The notes under the pieces were generated by a model. It did no database searches. It was given only the letters and a program-made list of their open reading frames with translations, and had not been told where the DNA came from. This document shows, piece by piece, positions 28,188 through 37,585 of a stretch of 48,103 nucleotides of DNA. Made by a program: the position numbers and the translations under genes. Numbering within the stretch: the stretch's first letter is position 1; every line of letters begins with the position of its first letter. Source of the DNA: Candidatus Pacebacteria bacterium CG10_big_fil_rev_8_21_14_0_10_44_54 (lineage in GTDB: Bacteria; Patescibacteriota; Microgenomatia; UBA1400; PJMF01); assembly GCA_002772695.1 (NCBI GenBank), contig PFDI01000021.1, positions 11,495 to 59,597 on the forward strand, given 5' to 3'.

Positions 28188-29537
28188 ATGCCAACACGAC
28201 CACGCAGTTTCGCGTTTTGTGGCGGAGCCTATGGAGACGAGGGCAAGGGCCGACTAGTTGATCAATACGTCAGTGATTACGCCAAGCAAGGTCGGGTAGT
28301 TGTGTATCGCGACAATGGTGGCTCCAATGCGGGCCACACGGTTGCATTCGACAATACAAAAGTTGCGTTGCATCAGTTGCTCTCGGGCACCTTCATAGAA
28401 GGTGTTACGACGATCCTTGGTAAAGGGATGGTTTTGCATCCTGGTGATTTGCTTGAAGAAATTGCCACAGTGAAAGCAGCGACTGGCGGTGGTATCCCAG
28501 CCAAAATTTTGATAGACGAAATGGCAGTTGTCCTGCTCGACACGCATAGGGCGTATGAGGCAGTGCTGCAAGATTTTCGAACAGGCAATCGAGGCACAAC
28601 AGGGCGTGGCATTTCACCTGCTTATGTTGATGTGTTGTTGCGACATCCTATTCGCATGCGTGATTTCAAACCTTTGAACAAAAAAAAGCTTTCAGAACAT
28701 TATCGTTTGTACCAAGCCCTCTGCGCAGGACTCGGACAGGAATTGGAGGAAAAGGAAGTTCCAACCCTATCTGGTTCAAAACAAAAGGTGGGGAATGAAA
28801 CGGCATTTATCAAGCGTGCGCAAGCACAGGCAGCCGAGCTGGAACAATTTATTTCAGGTGTTTTCGATGTTGTACAGGATGCTTGGGGTGACGAGAAGAC
28901 TACTTTTGTGTTTGAAAAAGGTCAAGCAGTTGGACTTGATGTGCGTTGGGGTGTGTACCCTGATTTCACTGCATCAGAAACGACCTTTTCGGGTATCTTT
29001 TCTTCGACCGAAGGGGTGGTGAATCCTCGAGATATCGAGGTGCGTGCTGGCGTGATCAAGGCCACCTATATGTCGAGTGTGGGTATTCGCCAACTCCCCA
29101 GCGTGATGGACAAGAAACTAGCAGACAAGATTCGCGAAGACGCAAATGAGTACGGAGCGACCACCAAACGACCGCGGGATATAGTCTATTTTGATGTACC
29201 AGCATCAGCATTTTTCGCTCGAGTTGGCGATCTCACACACTTGGTTGCAACGCACATGGATATTGTGTATCCAAATATGCCGATCAAAGTTTGTGTCGCT
29301 TATCTGCACAATGGCAAAACGGTGCCGTATCGACCAGACCAGGCCTATCTGCATACGGTCACGCCGGTGTATCAAGAATTTGCACCTTGGGATGTTGCAC
29401 AGCTAAAAGCAGCCAAGACGCGCGCAGATCTACCAAAAGAAGCGCAGCGCTACTTGGAATTTTTAGAAAAATCACTTGGAGTGCCGATGTTGGCTATTAC
29501 GACGGGGCCGAAGCGTGAGGAGGGGATTGAGTGTTAG
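28188..29537 (+). CDS. purA: Adenylosuccinate synthetase
   Basis: GDEGKG, GGSNAGHT, GTTGRGI.PAY and EYGATTKRPR; start at ATG 28188. Confidence 0.94.
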   Translation: MPTRPRSFAFCGGAYGDEGKGRLVDQYVSDYAKQGRVVVYRDNGGSNAGHTVAFDNTKVALHQLLSGTFIEGVTTILGKGMVLHPGDLLEEIATVKAATGGGIPAKILIDEMAVVLLDTHRAYEAVLQDFRTGNRGTTGRGISPAYVDVLLRHPIRMRDFKPLNKKKLSEHYRLYQALCAGLGQELEEKEVPTLSGSKQKVGNETAFIKRAQAQAAELEQFISGVFDVVQDAWGDEKTTFVFEKGQAVGLDVRWGVYPDFTASETTFSGIFSSTEGVVNPRDIEVRAGVIKATYMSSVGIRQLPSVMDKKLADKIREDANEYGATTKRPRDIVYFDVPASAFFARVGDLTHLVATHMDIVYPNMPIKVCVAYLHNGKTVPYRPDQAYLHTVTPVYQEFAPWDVAQLKAAKTRADLPKEAQRYLEFLEKSLGVPMLAITTGPKREEGIEC

Positions 29538-29656
29538 ATAGTGTGTTATACTATCCACCTCTGTAATAAACAACAGGTGATTGCGTAGCTTGAAGTCCTG
29601 ATTTTTTGCTACCACCGCCATCTGCTCAAAGCCGAGCAGAAAAACAAGGACGCCGT

Positions 29657-30436
29657 ATGAAATCTTTTTTTGCTGATTTACCCGATGTTGCTCCAGACTA
29701 TAGTCTTGAGGAAATGCTCGAGGCAGGCTGCCATTTTGGTCACCAGAAGGTGAAATGGAACCCGCGCATGGCAGAGTGGATTCACTCCGAAAAAGATGGT
29801 GTACATATTTTTGATCTCATCAAGACCAAGCAGCAGTTGCAAACAGCCCATAATGCTGCTTACAAGCTAGGGCAGGAGGGCAAGACACTCGTGATCGTCG
29901 GCACCAAGCGCCAAGCTCGCGAGCTGGTTGTCAAAGCTGCGCAAGAGAGTGGTGCTTTGTATATTTTTTCTCGTTGGCTTGGTGGCTTGTTGACCAACTG
30001 GGACCAGGTGAAGTTGTCTCTCAAGCGAATGCTCAAGGTAGAAAAAGGATTGGCAGATGGTTCATACAAAAACTACACCAAGTACGAACAAGTGCAACTC
30101 GAAAAAGAACTCGCCCGTTTGCGTCGTTTCTTCTTTGGTATACAGACACTCAAAGAGCAGCCAGACTGTCTGTTTGTGGTCGATACTGTGCGTGAACACA
30201 TTGCAGTAAAAGAGGCAAACAATGTTGGTATCCCAGTGATTGGTGTTTGTGATAGCAACGCCAATCCAGACGATGTCACTATTTGTATCCCAGCCAATGA
30301 TGATGCTCAAAAGAGTTTGGAACTCATCGTGCATGCAGTGACTGCGGGGTATGCAGCAGGCAAAAAAGCCAAGAAAACTCCAGCAGCAAAGCCAAAAGCA
30401 GCAGCTGACTCAGTCAAAGCAACAGAAACAAAATAA
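29657..30436 (+). CDS. rpsB: 30S ribosomal protein S2
   Basis: MLEAGCHFGH, WNPRM, RWLGGLLTN and IPANDD. Confidence 0.97.
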   Translation: MKSFFADLPDVAPDYSLEEMLEAGCHFGHQKVKWNPRMAEWIHSEKDGVHIFDLIKTKQQLQTAHNAAYKLGQEGKTLVIVGTKRQARELVVKAAQESGALYIFSRWLGGLLTNWDQVKLSLKRMLKVEKGLADGSYKNYTKYEQVQLEKELARLRRFFFGIQTLKEQPDCLFVVDTVREHIAVKEANNVGIPVIGVCDSNANPDDVTICIPANDDAQKSLELIVHAVTAGYAAGKKAKKTPAAKPKAAADSVKATETK

Positions 30437-30445
30437 GGAGTTGAT

Positions 30446-30904
30446 ATGTCATACACCCCAGCAGATGTAAAAAAACTGCGCGAGCAAACAGGCGCAGGCA
30501 TAATGGATTGCAAGAAAGCACTTGAAGAAGCCGAAGGCGACTTCAAAAAAGCTACTCAGCTGGTTAAGGCACGTGGTCTCGAGCGAGCAGAGAAGAAGCA
30601 AGATCGCGAAACAACCGAAGGCTATGTAGCAAGCTATGTGCACAGCAACGGTAAGTTGGCGGCGATGGTAGAGCTCGTGTGTGAGACTGACTTTGTCGCG
30701 CGTAACGAAGAATTTCGCTCGCTTGGTCAAGATATTGCTATGCAAGTAGTATCGATGCAGCCAGAGAATGTAGACGAATTACTAGATCAAGAATTTATTA
30801 AAGATGGTGGTGCCACAATTGGTTATCTTATCAAGTCGCTTAGCGGCAAAATTGGCGAGAAGATCGCTGTCAAACGGTTTGTGAGATATCAGGTGGGGGA
30901 GTAG
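30446..30904 (+). CDS. tsf: Elongation factor Ts (short form)
   Basis: VKKLREQTGAGIMDCKKAL and CETDFVA. Confidence 0.97.
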   Translation: MSYTPADVKKLREQTGAGIMDCKKALEEAEGDFKKATQLVKARGLERAEKKQDRETTEGYVASYVHSNGKLAAMVELVCETDFVARNEEFRSLGQDIAMQVVSMQPENVDELLDQEFIKDGGATIGYLIKSLSGKIGEKIAVKRFVRYQVGE

Positions 30905-30924
30905 GGTAGAATCACTTCTACCGT

Positions 30925-32109
30925 ATGTCCGCTGATTTCTCTTTCAAACTACAAGCTACCTTAGGACATGCCCGCGCAGGGCAGGTGACTACGCCGCATG
31001 GTGTGGTAAATACTCCGATGTTTATGCCTGTTGGCACAGTGGCGAGTGTGAAGTCGCTCGATGCGCAAGACGTGCAAGCTACTGGAGCAGAAATTATTTT
31101 AGCTAATACATATCACCTTGGTATTCGCGAACAATCTTTGTATTCACTCGAAATGAGTGGAGGAATCCATGATTTTATGCATTGGCAGTTGCCTGTCTTG
31201 ACTGATTCTGGCGGATTTCAGGTTTTTTCGCTTGGTGCACAATTACCGCATAATTCCGGCACTATTCCCGCACAAGTTGACGATTCGGGTGTTTTATTCC
31301 GCTCACACCTAGACGGGAGCAAACAGTTTTTTACCGCCGAGCGCTCAATAGAACTACAGCGCACGATTGGTGCCGATATTATTATGGCCTTCGACGAGTT
31401 ACAACCAGATGCATTTACAGAAACTCAGGCGCGGACATCACTCAACCGTACACACTCTTGGGCAGGGCGATGTCTCGATCACTGGAATAAGCACGGGCGG
31501 TTGAGTCGTTATGGCAAATATCAAGCACTTTTTGGCATTGCACAAGGCGGACTACACAAAGAGCTGCGCAGAGAGTCTGTCGCATTTATGGCGGCACATG
31601 ACTTTGACGGTATTGCTATTGGGGGCGAAACCATTGGGTATAACAGCAAGGGAACAGCGCAGATCATGGAATGGGTGCGCGATTTGTTGCCCAATGACAA
31701 ACCGCGCTATGCTATGGGTTTGGGGCGTGATTTGTCTGATATCGCGTTGGCAGCCAACATTGGTTTTGATATGTTTGATTGTGTTGGTCCCACACGATTG
31801 GCCCGCAACGGCGCTCTTTTGTTTGGAGAGATTGTTTTTGACGGCACTACATTCCGAGTAGATTCTCCTTTCCCTAGAGGAAGATTGGCAATTGGTCGAG
31901 AGCAGTACAGCAAGGACCTTTCGGTTTTGGACAAAAATTGTGATTGTCACACCTGCAGGGCAGGGTACAGCAGAGCATATCTGCGTCACCTGTTTCGCTC
32001 CAAAGAGTTGAGTTATTACCGGTTGGCGAGTATCCACAATGTGCGAGCCATGCTGCGAGCAGTCCAAACCGTACGTCTGATTATCTTGAAAAATGGAGTG
32101 GGGGAGTGA
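30925..32109 (+). CDS. tgt: tRNA-guanine transglycosylase
   Basis: TPMFMPVGT, ANTYHL, TDSGGFQ, FDC and C.C..C..H Zn site. Confidence 0.95.
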   Translation: MSADFSFKLQATLGHARAGQVTTPHGVVNTPMFMPVGTVASVKSLDAQDVQATGAEIILANTYHLGIREQSLYSLEMSGGIHDFMHWQLPVLTDSGGFQVFSLGAQLPHNSGTIPAQVDDSGVLFRSHLDGSKQFFTAERSIELQRTIGADIIMAFDELQPDAFTETQARTSLNRTHSWAGRCLDHWNKHGRLSRYGKYQALFGIAQGGLHKELRRESVAFMAAHDFDGIAIGGETIGYNSKGTAQIMEWVRDLLPNDKPRYAMGLGRDLSDIALAANIGFDMFDCVGPTRLARNGALLFGEIVFDGTTFRVDSPFPRGRLAIGREQYSKDLSVLDKNCDCHTCRAGYSRAYLRHLFRSKELSYYRLASIHNVRAMLRAVQTVRLIILKNGVGE

Positions 32110-32981
32110 AAAAAACTATAATTCGATTCTTGATCATTTTTGGTTTTTTAGCATTTTTTACTTGGCTTTTATGGTGGCGGGGATTATATTTTTTGAACAA
32201 ATATACGCCGTACGAAAATAATATAATTTTACTCACTTCATCTAGTATTAATGATGATAAGGGTATTTTTATGCTCGCACATGTCGGATCAGAAATAACA
32301 GAACCACGCTTATTTGTTTTGCCAGCAAGCACGCTGGTCCAACTACCCGACGATTATGGCGAGTATGAGCTTGGAGCTGTTTTACCACTCCTAAACTTAG
32401 ATGAGAAATCAGAGGCATACAAGCGAGCAGTTTTTTCTCGTATTTTTGGTGTGCCAGTTTCTGCTTTTTTAGCAGTATCAGAACCAACCCTTACTATACA
32501 AAAATTTGGCAGAATACAACAGATTTTACAGTTTGCAGCACTCAAGCAACTACGATACATGCAAACACCATGGCTTGAGGCAGCCATTGTGCCACTTTTG
32601 AGTGAGCGACATGTGGTGATCACCAATACACTCGAGGACATACGTAAGCAGCTACAACAAAATGTCACCCGAACACTTTCTCGCTCTCAGCTGTCGTGTA
32701 CGCTTGCGATCATCAATACTACCCCAAAGAGCGGTTTGGCCGGCGAGCTTGCAGCTATGTTGGAGCAGAGTGGCGTTCGTGTTGTGCGAATAACGGATTC
32801 GTCACAAGAATTCGAGCGCTCAAAATTTGTAGTAGATTTGAGTCGTCAAGAGTGTGGATGGGTAAAAGCATTGGTACAGTCGTGGTTTTTTACTGAGCTC
32901 GAGTTAGTGTCGGAAAGCAGTGTGGCAGAAAGTGAGTATAGAGCCTGGGGAGCAGTATTTATCGGAGCAGATGCGTACTAA
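32106..32981 (+). CDS. Membrane-anchored protein with LytR C-terminal-like domain
   Basis: N-terminal TM helix; INTTPKSGLA...L...G and terminal FIGAD. Confidence 0.7.
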   Translation: MKKTIIRFLIIFGFLAFFTWLLWWRGLYFLNKYTPYENNIILLTSSSINDDKGIFMLAHVGSEITEPRLFVLPASTLVQLPDDYGEYELGAVLPLLNLDEKSEAYKRAVFSRIFGVPVSAFLAVSEPTLTIQKFGRIQQILQFAALKQLRYMQTPWLEAAIVPLLSERHVVITNTLEDIRKQLQQNVTRTLSRSQLSCTLAIINTTPKSGLAGELAAMLEQSGVRVVRITDSSQEFERSKFVVDLSRQECGWVKALVQSWFFTELELVSESSVAESEYRAWGAVFIGADAY

Positions 32982-33730
32982 CGAGCTGTTTCTGTGGTGA
33001 ATTTTTCCTCGTCCGAGATTTCTTCAAAAGACTTGGGTTCTACGTCGACATCATGATTGGTGATTTCTACAGGAATTTCTTCTTTGAGCACTATGTACTC
33101 GTCATTTTCTTGGGTTCCGGTATTGGCTCGTACAATTGGGAACGAGTGCTTATCCTTGTTTTTTACCGAGCGATGTGTTTCTTTGAGATATACATCGACA
33201 TGGTTCGGGGCTACGGCATGAATAGAGCAGTGATATGTATTGCCAGTTTGCAGTAGTTTTGAAAGGCGAAACGAAATATCTTCTGGTAGTGAACCAATAT
33301 ATTTGCCAGCTGACTCAATTGAGATGTAGCGTTGCTTGAGCTTGAACTCACAGTCTTGTCCAATCGCAAGTGACTCGAGTGTTGGTTTGCCTGCCAAACG
33401 ATGCAGTTGCACTATCTTGGTTTTGCCTGGTTCTTCGATAAATTCTTGCCGGAAGAATGATGGCGCATGGTGTGCTCGTTTAGCCTTGATCGCAGCCAGA
33501 TGTTTTTTTGCAATGATATTGGTTCGGTCATGCTCAAGTACTTGTAAGAAGGTTGCTTTTGCCTTGTCGAGCTTTTTTAATTGCAAGTACGCTACACCCA
33601 AACGGTTGAGAGCCAGGGTGTTTCGTGGTTCTTGTTCGAGTAATTCACTGTTGATGACGACAGCCTGTTCCCAGTCACCATTTTTGGCGGCGGTGATGGC
33701 TTGTTGTTTTAGTGAGAGAGTAGTTTGCAT
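32978..33730 (-). CDS. TPR-repeat protein
   Basis: ALNRLGVAY..L...A...F..VL..D..N.IA TPR pattern. Confidence 0.75.
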   Translation of the reverse strand: MQTTLSLKQQAITAAKNGDWEQAVVINSELLEQEPRNTLALNRLGVAYLQLKKLDKAKATFLQVLEHDRTNIIAKKHLAAIKAKRAHHAPSFFRQEFIEEPGKTKIVQLHRLAGKPTLESLAIGQDCEFKLKQRYISIESAGKYIGSLPEDISFRLSKLLQTGNTYHCSIHAVAPNHVDVYLKETHRSVKNKDKHSFPIVRANTGTQENDEYIVLKEEIPVEITNHDVDVEPKSFEEISDEEKFTTETAR

Positions 33731-33825
33731 GACAAGAAGCGCTGTACGCTCGCGGCAGAATAGCGTTATCACCTCCAATTGTCAACCAGAGTCTCAAGTG
33801 TGTGACGGTATATAATGAGAAAATT

Positions 33826-34383
33826 ATGGCAGGACACAGCAAATGGAATAACATCAAGAATCGAAAGGGCGCAGTTGATGCCAAAAAAGGCAAGGTTTTT
33901 GGTCAAATAAGTAAACTGATTCGTATAGCAGTCAAGGAGGGTGGTGGTGACGATCCAATTAGCAATCCAGGATTGCGTTTAGCTCTCGAGAAAGCACGAG
34001 CAGCTAATATGCCAAAAGTCAACATAGATCGTGCACTCAGTAAAGGCATGGGTCGAGGAGTCTCAGGCAGCGCAGTACAGGAAATCATGTATGAGGCATT
34101 TGGTCCCGGAGGAGTTGCACTCTTGATAGAGGCGGTAACCGATAATGCCAATAGAACCAGCTCTGAAGTAAAGCATGCGCTTTCTAGAAATCATGGTTCA
34201 TTGTCTGGCCCAGGTTCAGCACAGTTTTTATTCACTAAGCAAATTTCAGATGGGATACTTTGCTACGAGCCAATTCACACGCAAACCCTCGACCCAAATC
34301 AAGCGGCGACACTCGAGCAGCTACTTGATGCTCTCAAAGAACTTGAGGATGTTGAAGAAATCTATACGACAGCAAACTTATGA
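33826..34383 (+). CDS. yebC: YebC/PmpR family protein (short form)
   Basis: MAGHSKWNNIK, NMPK.NI.RA, YEAFGPGG and TDNANRT. Confidence 0.93.
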   Translation: MAGHSKWNNIKNRKGAVDAKKGKVFGQISKLIRIAVKEGGGDDPISNPGLRLALEKARAANMPKVNIDRALSKGMGRGVSGSAVQEIMYEAFGPGGVALLIEAVTDNANRTSSEVKHALSRNHGSLSGPGSAQFLFTKQISDGILCYEPIHTQTLDPNQAATLEQLLDALKELEDVEEIYTTANL

Positions 34384-35147
34384 GACGGCGTGAAAAATTT
34401 GTTCTCAGCGCGATTATCTTGAGTCTTGGCTTGCTCGCTCTGCAGTATGTTAGTTTAGAGTATCGCTACTACGCAGTTGCAGTGCTTGCATTTGTATCGT
34501 ATTTTGTCAGTGCTTGGGCACTGTCGGAAGATTTGCAGCGAATTGAGTTACTCATGTTAGTGCCAGTTCCAGCACTTTTTGCTACCGCCGTTAGTTTGTT
34601 TTACTTTTTATTACCAAGTGATATGTTCTCAAGAATTATCTTGCTGAGCGTATTTGGTATTGGTGTGTACGCCAATTTGCTAACTGCCAACATTTACTCA
34701 GTTGGCAAAGGTAGAACTATCCAGCTTCTACATGCAGCCCATGCGATTGGCTTGTTTTTGACTCTTATTACCTCGCTACTACTCTCTAACACGATTTTTT
34801 CTCTCAACCTGCCTTTTTATGCAGTTGGAGGGCTTGTTGCGCTGAGTCATTTCCCGCTAATTTTATCCGGCTTGTGGGTTGTTCAGTTGACGCCACGGAT
34901 AGAAAAAACAGTAGTTTATTCTTCACTTCTGCTGGTTTTTCTCTTGTTTCAATTTGCTACAGTACTCACTTTCTTGCCGTACTCAATCTGGTATACCTCA
35001 CTATTTCTCATGTCTATTTTATATCTTGGCATCAGTATTTTGCGCAGTTCGCTCGTTGAACGCCTCTTTTCACGCGCTCTAGTCGAGTACGCCCTGGTAT
35101 TTATTTTTGTTGCTGTGCTGTTCATTTTCAATTTTCCCCTCAAGTAA
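34380..35147 (+). CDS. Multi-pass membrane protein
   Basis: About 8 hydrophobic segments in 255 aa. Confidence 0.7.
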   Translation: MRRREKFVLSAIILSLGLLALQYVSLEYRYYAVAVLAFVSYFVSAWALSEDLQRIELLMLVPVPALFATAVSLFYFLLPSDMFSRIILLSVFGIGVYANLLTANIYSVGKGRTIQLLHAAHAIGLFLTLITSLLLSNTIFSLNLPFYAVGGLVALSHFPLILSGLWVVQLTPRIEKTVVYSSLLLVFLLFQFATVLTFLPYSIWYTSLFLMSILYLGISILRSSLVERLFSRALVEYALVFIFVAVLFIFNFPLK

Positions 35148-35395
35148 CCAGGCAAAGAAAAACATCTCTAAACCAGGGGAGAGCAAGAGAGAATTTGTCT
35201 CAAATCGGGGTATTTTAAGTCGTGTAGTAAAAGCTCTGATGTTCATTCTAAACACCTGGCAAAATACTACCTATAGCGGCACAGTTATTTTGGGCATGGC
35301 AAAAATCCTAAGAACAAAGAAATGGGGTAGTGAAGAAACAACAGAGGAGACTCGAGTAAAAAGGGAGAAGTGATATAGTTTGATACATTAATCTA

Positions 35396-35404
35396 ATGTG
35401 GATA
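35396..35404 (+). promoter_or_regulatory. Consensus DnaA box (single)
   Basis: TGTGGATAA in the long intergenic region. Confidence 0.4.
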
Positions 35405-35707
35405 ACCCAGAAAGTTATAGGATATTACCAGGTTACATGCAAGAATTATACAGTTATGTTGTTGTTTGTGTGCGTGAAATCTAGTATCAAGCCTGGTGGA
35501 GGATAAACGCATAATACCCGAAGGACAATTTTGAGAATCTCTGGGGGTAGTGCATATTCTGGCAAGATAGTTATGCAGTCAGTCATTGGCCACACCTATT
35601 GGCCAGCACACGCTTGTTTAGTTTGTTACAAAAAAATTGGCACAGCATCACTCTCCCCACGTGAGAGGGGGGGTTACTTTTACTCAGTGCTATTTTCAAC
35701 TTGTATT

Positions 35708-35735
35708 ATGTCGCACAATATTACTTTTGCGACAC
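35708..35735. other. Candidate dif-like Xer recombination site
   Basis: ATGTCGCACAA-TATTAC-TTTTGCGACAC (11-6-11; arms 9/11 complementary), ~570 bp upstream of the xer gene. Confidence 0.55.
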
Positions 35736-36304
35736 AACGATATGTTGTTGCGAGAGCATTGTTTGTAGCCTTAATTTTAGTGCGGGTATTGTTACTTCTG
35801 TATGTTTTTTTATTTTTTGTCACACTAACCCTCTATCTTTAGGTATATTTCCTCATCTATTTAATAAAAAGCCGATTTTGAGCCCCTCAGAAGCTATAGT
35901 CTGACTATAAATACATATTTACTTGATGCATCATAGTTTATTTATTATAATAAAAAGTCACTAAGAAGCTATTAACAGATTGATTCTTTTTGAACTCAAT
36001 TGCTCGCGAATTCTAGTAGGATTTTAGGGTGGCTTTTAATTCCTGCACGCATGATCTATCATTGATTTATTAGATTGTTTTAGAAATTTTTTTTCTATCC
36101 AATGTTTGTTTCACTGACTTTTGCTGCGCGGTATTGTTCATCAGCTTCTGATATTGGATTTTTTTATAACTATCAAACAATATCAAATATAATCAAAATA
36201 TATCATTTAATAAACATAGATATATCAATCTTTTTTCGATCTGAACTAAATTAGCAATAATTTCACTACTCTGCTAATTTTGGCTTGAGGTTTATAATGA
36301 AACT

Positions 36305-37243
36305 ATGAGTACAATTTCTACCGAGCCGACTGTAGCTCTAAAACTATTTCTCGAACACCTTGAAGTCGAGAGAAATGTTAGTAGACTGACTATTCGCAAC
36401 TACCGTCACTACCTACAACGTTTTTGCAACTGGTTTGCTCAGGCAGGTCACAGTTCCCTGCGCGATTTAGACCTCGAGGTAGTCAGGCAGTACAGAGTGT
36501 ATCTTTCGAGGTACAGTGACGATCAAGGTAGAACCCTCTCAAAACGTACACAAAGCTATTATACTATTGCATTGCGGAGTTGGCTCAAGTTTTTGGTAAA
36601 ACGAGACGCTCCAGTTTTGCACCCAGAAAAGATTGATTTGCCCCGGGGAGAGTCGATTCCCATGCGATTTCTCTCGCTAGATAAAATGGAAAATTTATTG
36701 TCGCAGCCGTCTATTTCAAAGATTCATGGTCTTCGTGATAAGGCAATTTTAGAGGTACTCTTCTCTACTGGGTTACGTGTCAGCGAGTTAGTGGGTCTCA
36801 ACCGAGAGCAAATTGATTTCGAGAGTCGAGAATTTGGAGTTATTGGCAAAGGTAGGCGACCTCGAGTGGTGTTTTTGAGTGATCGAGCGGCTACCTGGCT
36901 AGAAAAGTGGCTCAACCAGAGATCTGATCACTGGCGACCCGTTTTTATTCGATTCTCTGGTAAAATAGCCGCACCAGACGAAGACGGAGAAAAAATGCGT
37001 CTTACTGCCAGAAGTATTCAGAGAATCGTCGACAAGTATGCCAAGAAAGCTCACTTGCCACTCAAGATTAGTCCACATGGCATGAGGCATAGTTTTGCCA
37101 CAGATCTTTTGGCAAATGGAGCAGGTTTGCGCGATGTTCAGGAGATGCTTGGTCATAAAAGTATCGCGACCACACAGATTTATACCCATGTCACCAGACC
37201 TCAGCTCAAAAAAGTTCATCAGCGCTTTCATACCAATGAATAG
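36305..37243 (+). CDS. Xer family tyrosine recombinase (XerC/XerD-like)
   Basis: TGLRVSEL, GKG, HGMRHSFAT, LGH and TTQIYTHV catalytic residues. Confidence 0.93.
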   Translation: MSTISTEPTVALKLFLEHLEVERNVSRLTIRNYRHYLQRFCNWFAQAGHSSLRDLDLEVVRQYRVYLSRYSDDQGRTLSKRTQSYYTIALRSWLKFLVKRDAPVLHPEKIDLPRGESIPMRFLSLDKMENLLSQPSISKIHGLRDKAILEVLFSTGLRVSELVGLNREQIDFESREFGVIGKGRRPRVVFLSDRAATWLEKWLNQRSDHWRPVFIRFSGKIAAPDEDGEKMRLTARSIQRIVDKYAKKAHLPLKISPHGMRHSFATDLLANGAGLRDVQEMLGHKSIATTQIYTHVTRPQLKKVHQRFHTNE

Positions 37244-37496
37244 TGCACCCAAAACTAGCAATCTCTTATTTAGACTGCTAATTTAGAGTTTTTATATATT
37301 TTGTCGATTTATCAGTGTTTTTTTGTATTACAGCTTTTTGATTATATTTGACTTATTACTATATCTTTAATCATATTGTTATAGATAAATATGTATTTAT
37401 TTGGAGAGTTGCACTTCAAAATACTATCAAAATATAAAGTAATAAAACAAAATATATCTTTTGAAGAAATGATACAATATCCAAGTTGAAAATAAT

Positions 37497-37570
37497 GGGC
37501 TCATAGCTCAGTTGGCTAGAGCGCCTGCATGGCATGCAGGAGGTCGCGGGTCCGAGTCCCGCTGAGTCCA
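37497..37570 (+). tRNA. tRNA-Ala (GGC), CCA not encoded
   Basis: Acceptor GGGCTCA/TGAGTCC with G3:U70; anticodon arm CCTGC-ATGGCAT-GCAGG. Confidence 0.94.
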
Positions 37571-37585
37571 CAAAGAAAATCCACC

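Noticed and set aside
35503-35530. Second dif-like site (CGCATAA-TACCCG)
   Set aside because: No matching right arm
35107-35904. Short ORFs in the long intergenic region
   Set aside because: Non-ATG starts, atypical composition and no motifs
35148-36304. Firm oriC call
   Set aside because: Only one perfect DnaA box, no dnaA/dnaN nearby, and no skew switch evident by eye
36305-37570. Tyrosine recombinase beside tRNA-Ala as an integrative element
   Set aside because: Protein size and motifs are Xer-like; no duplicated tRNA 3' end or cargo genes are seen; the tRNA 5' end faces the gene
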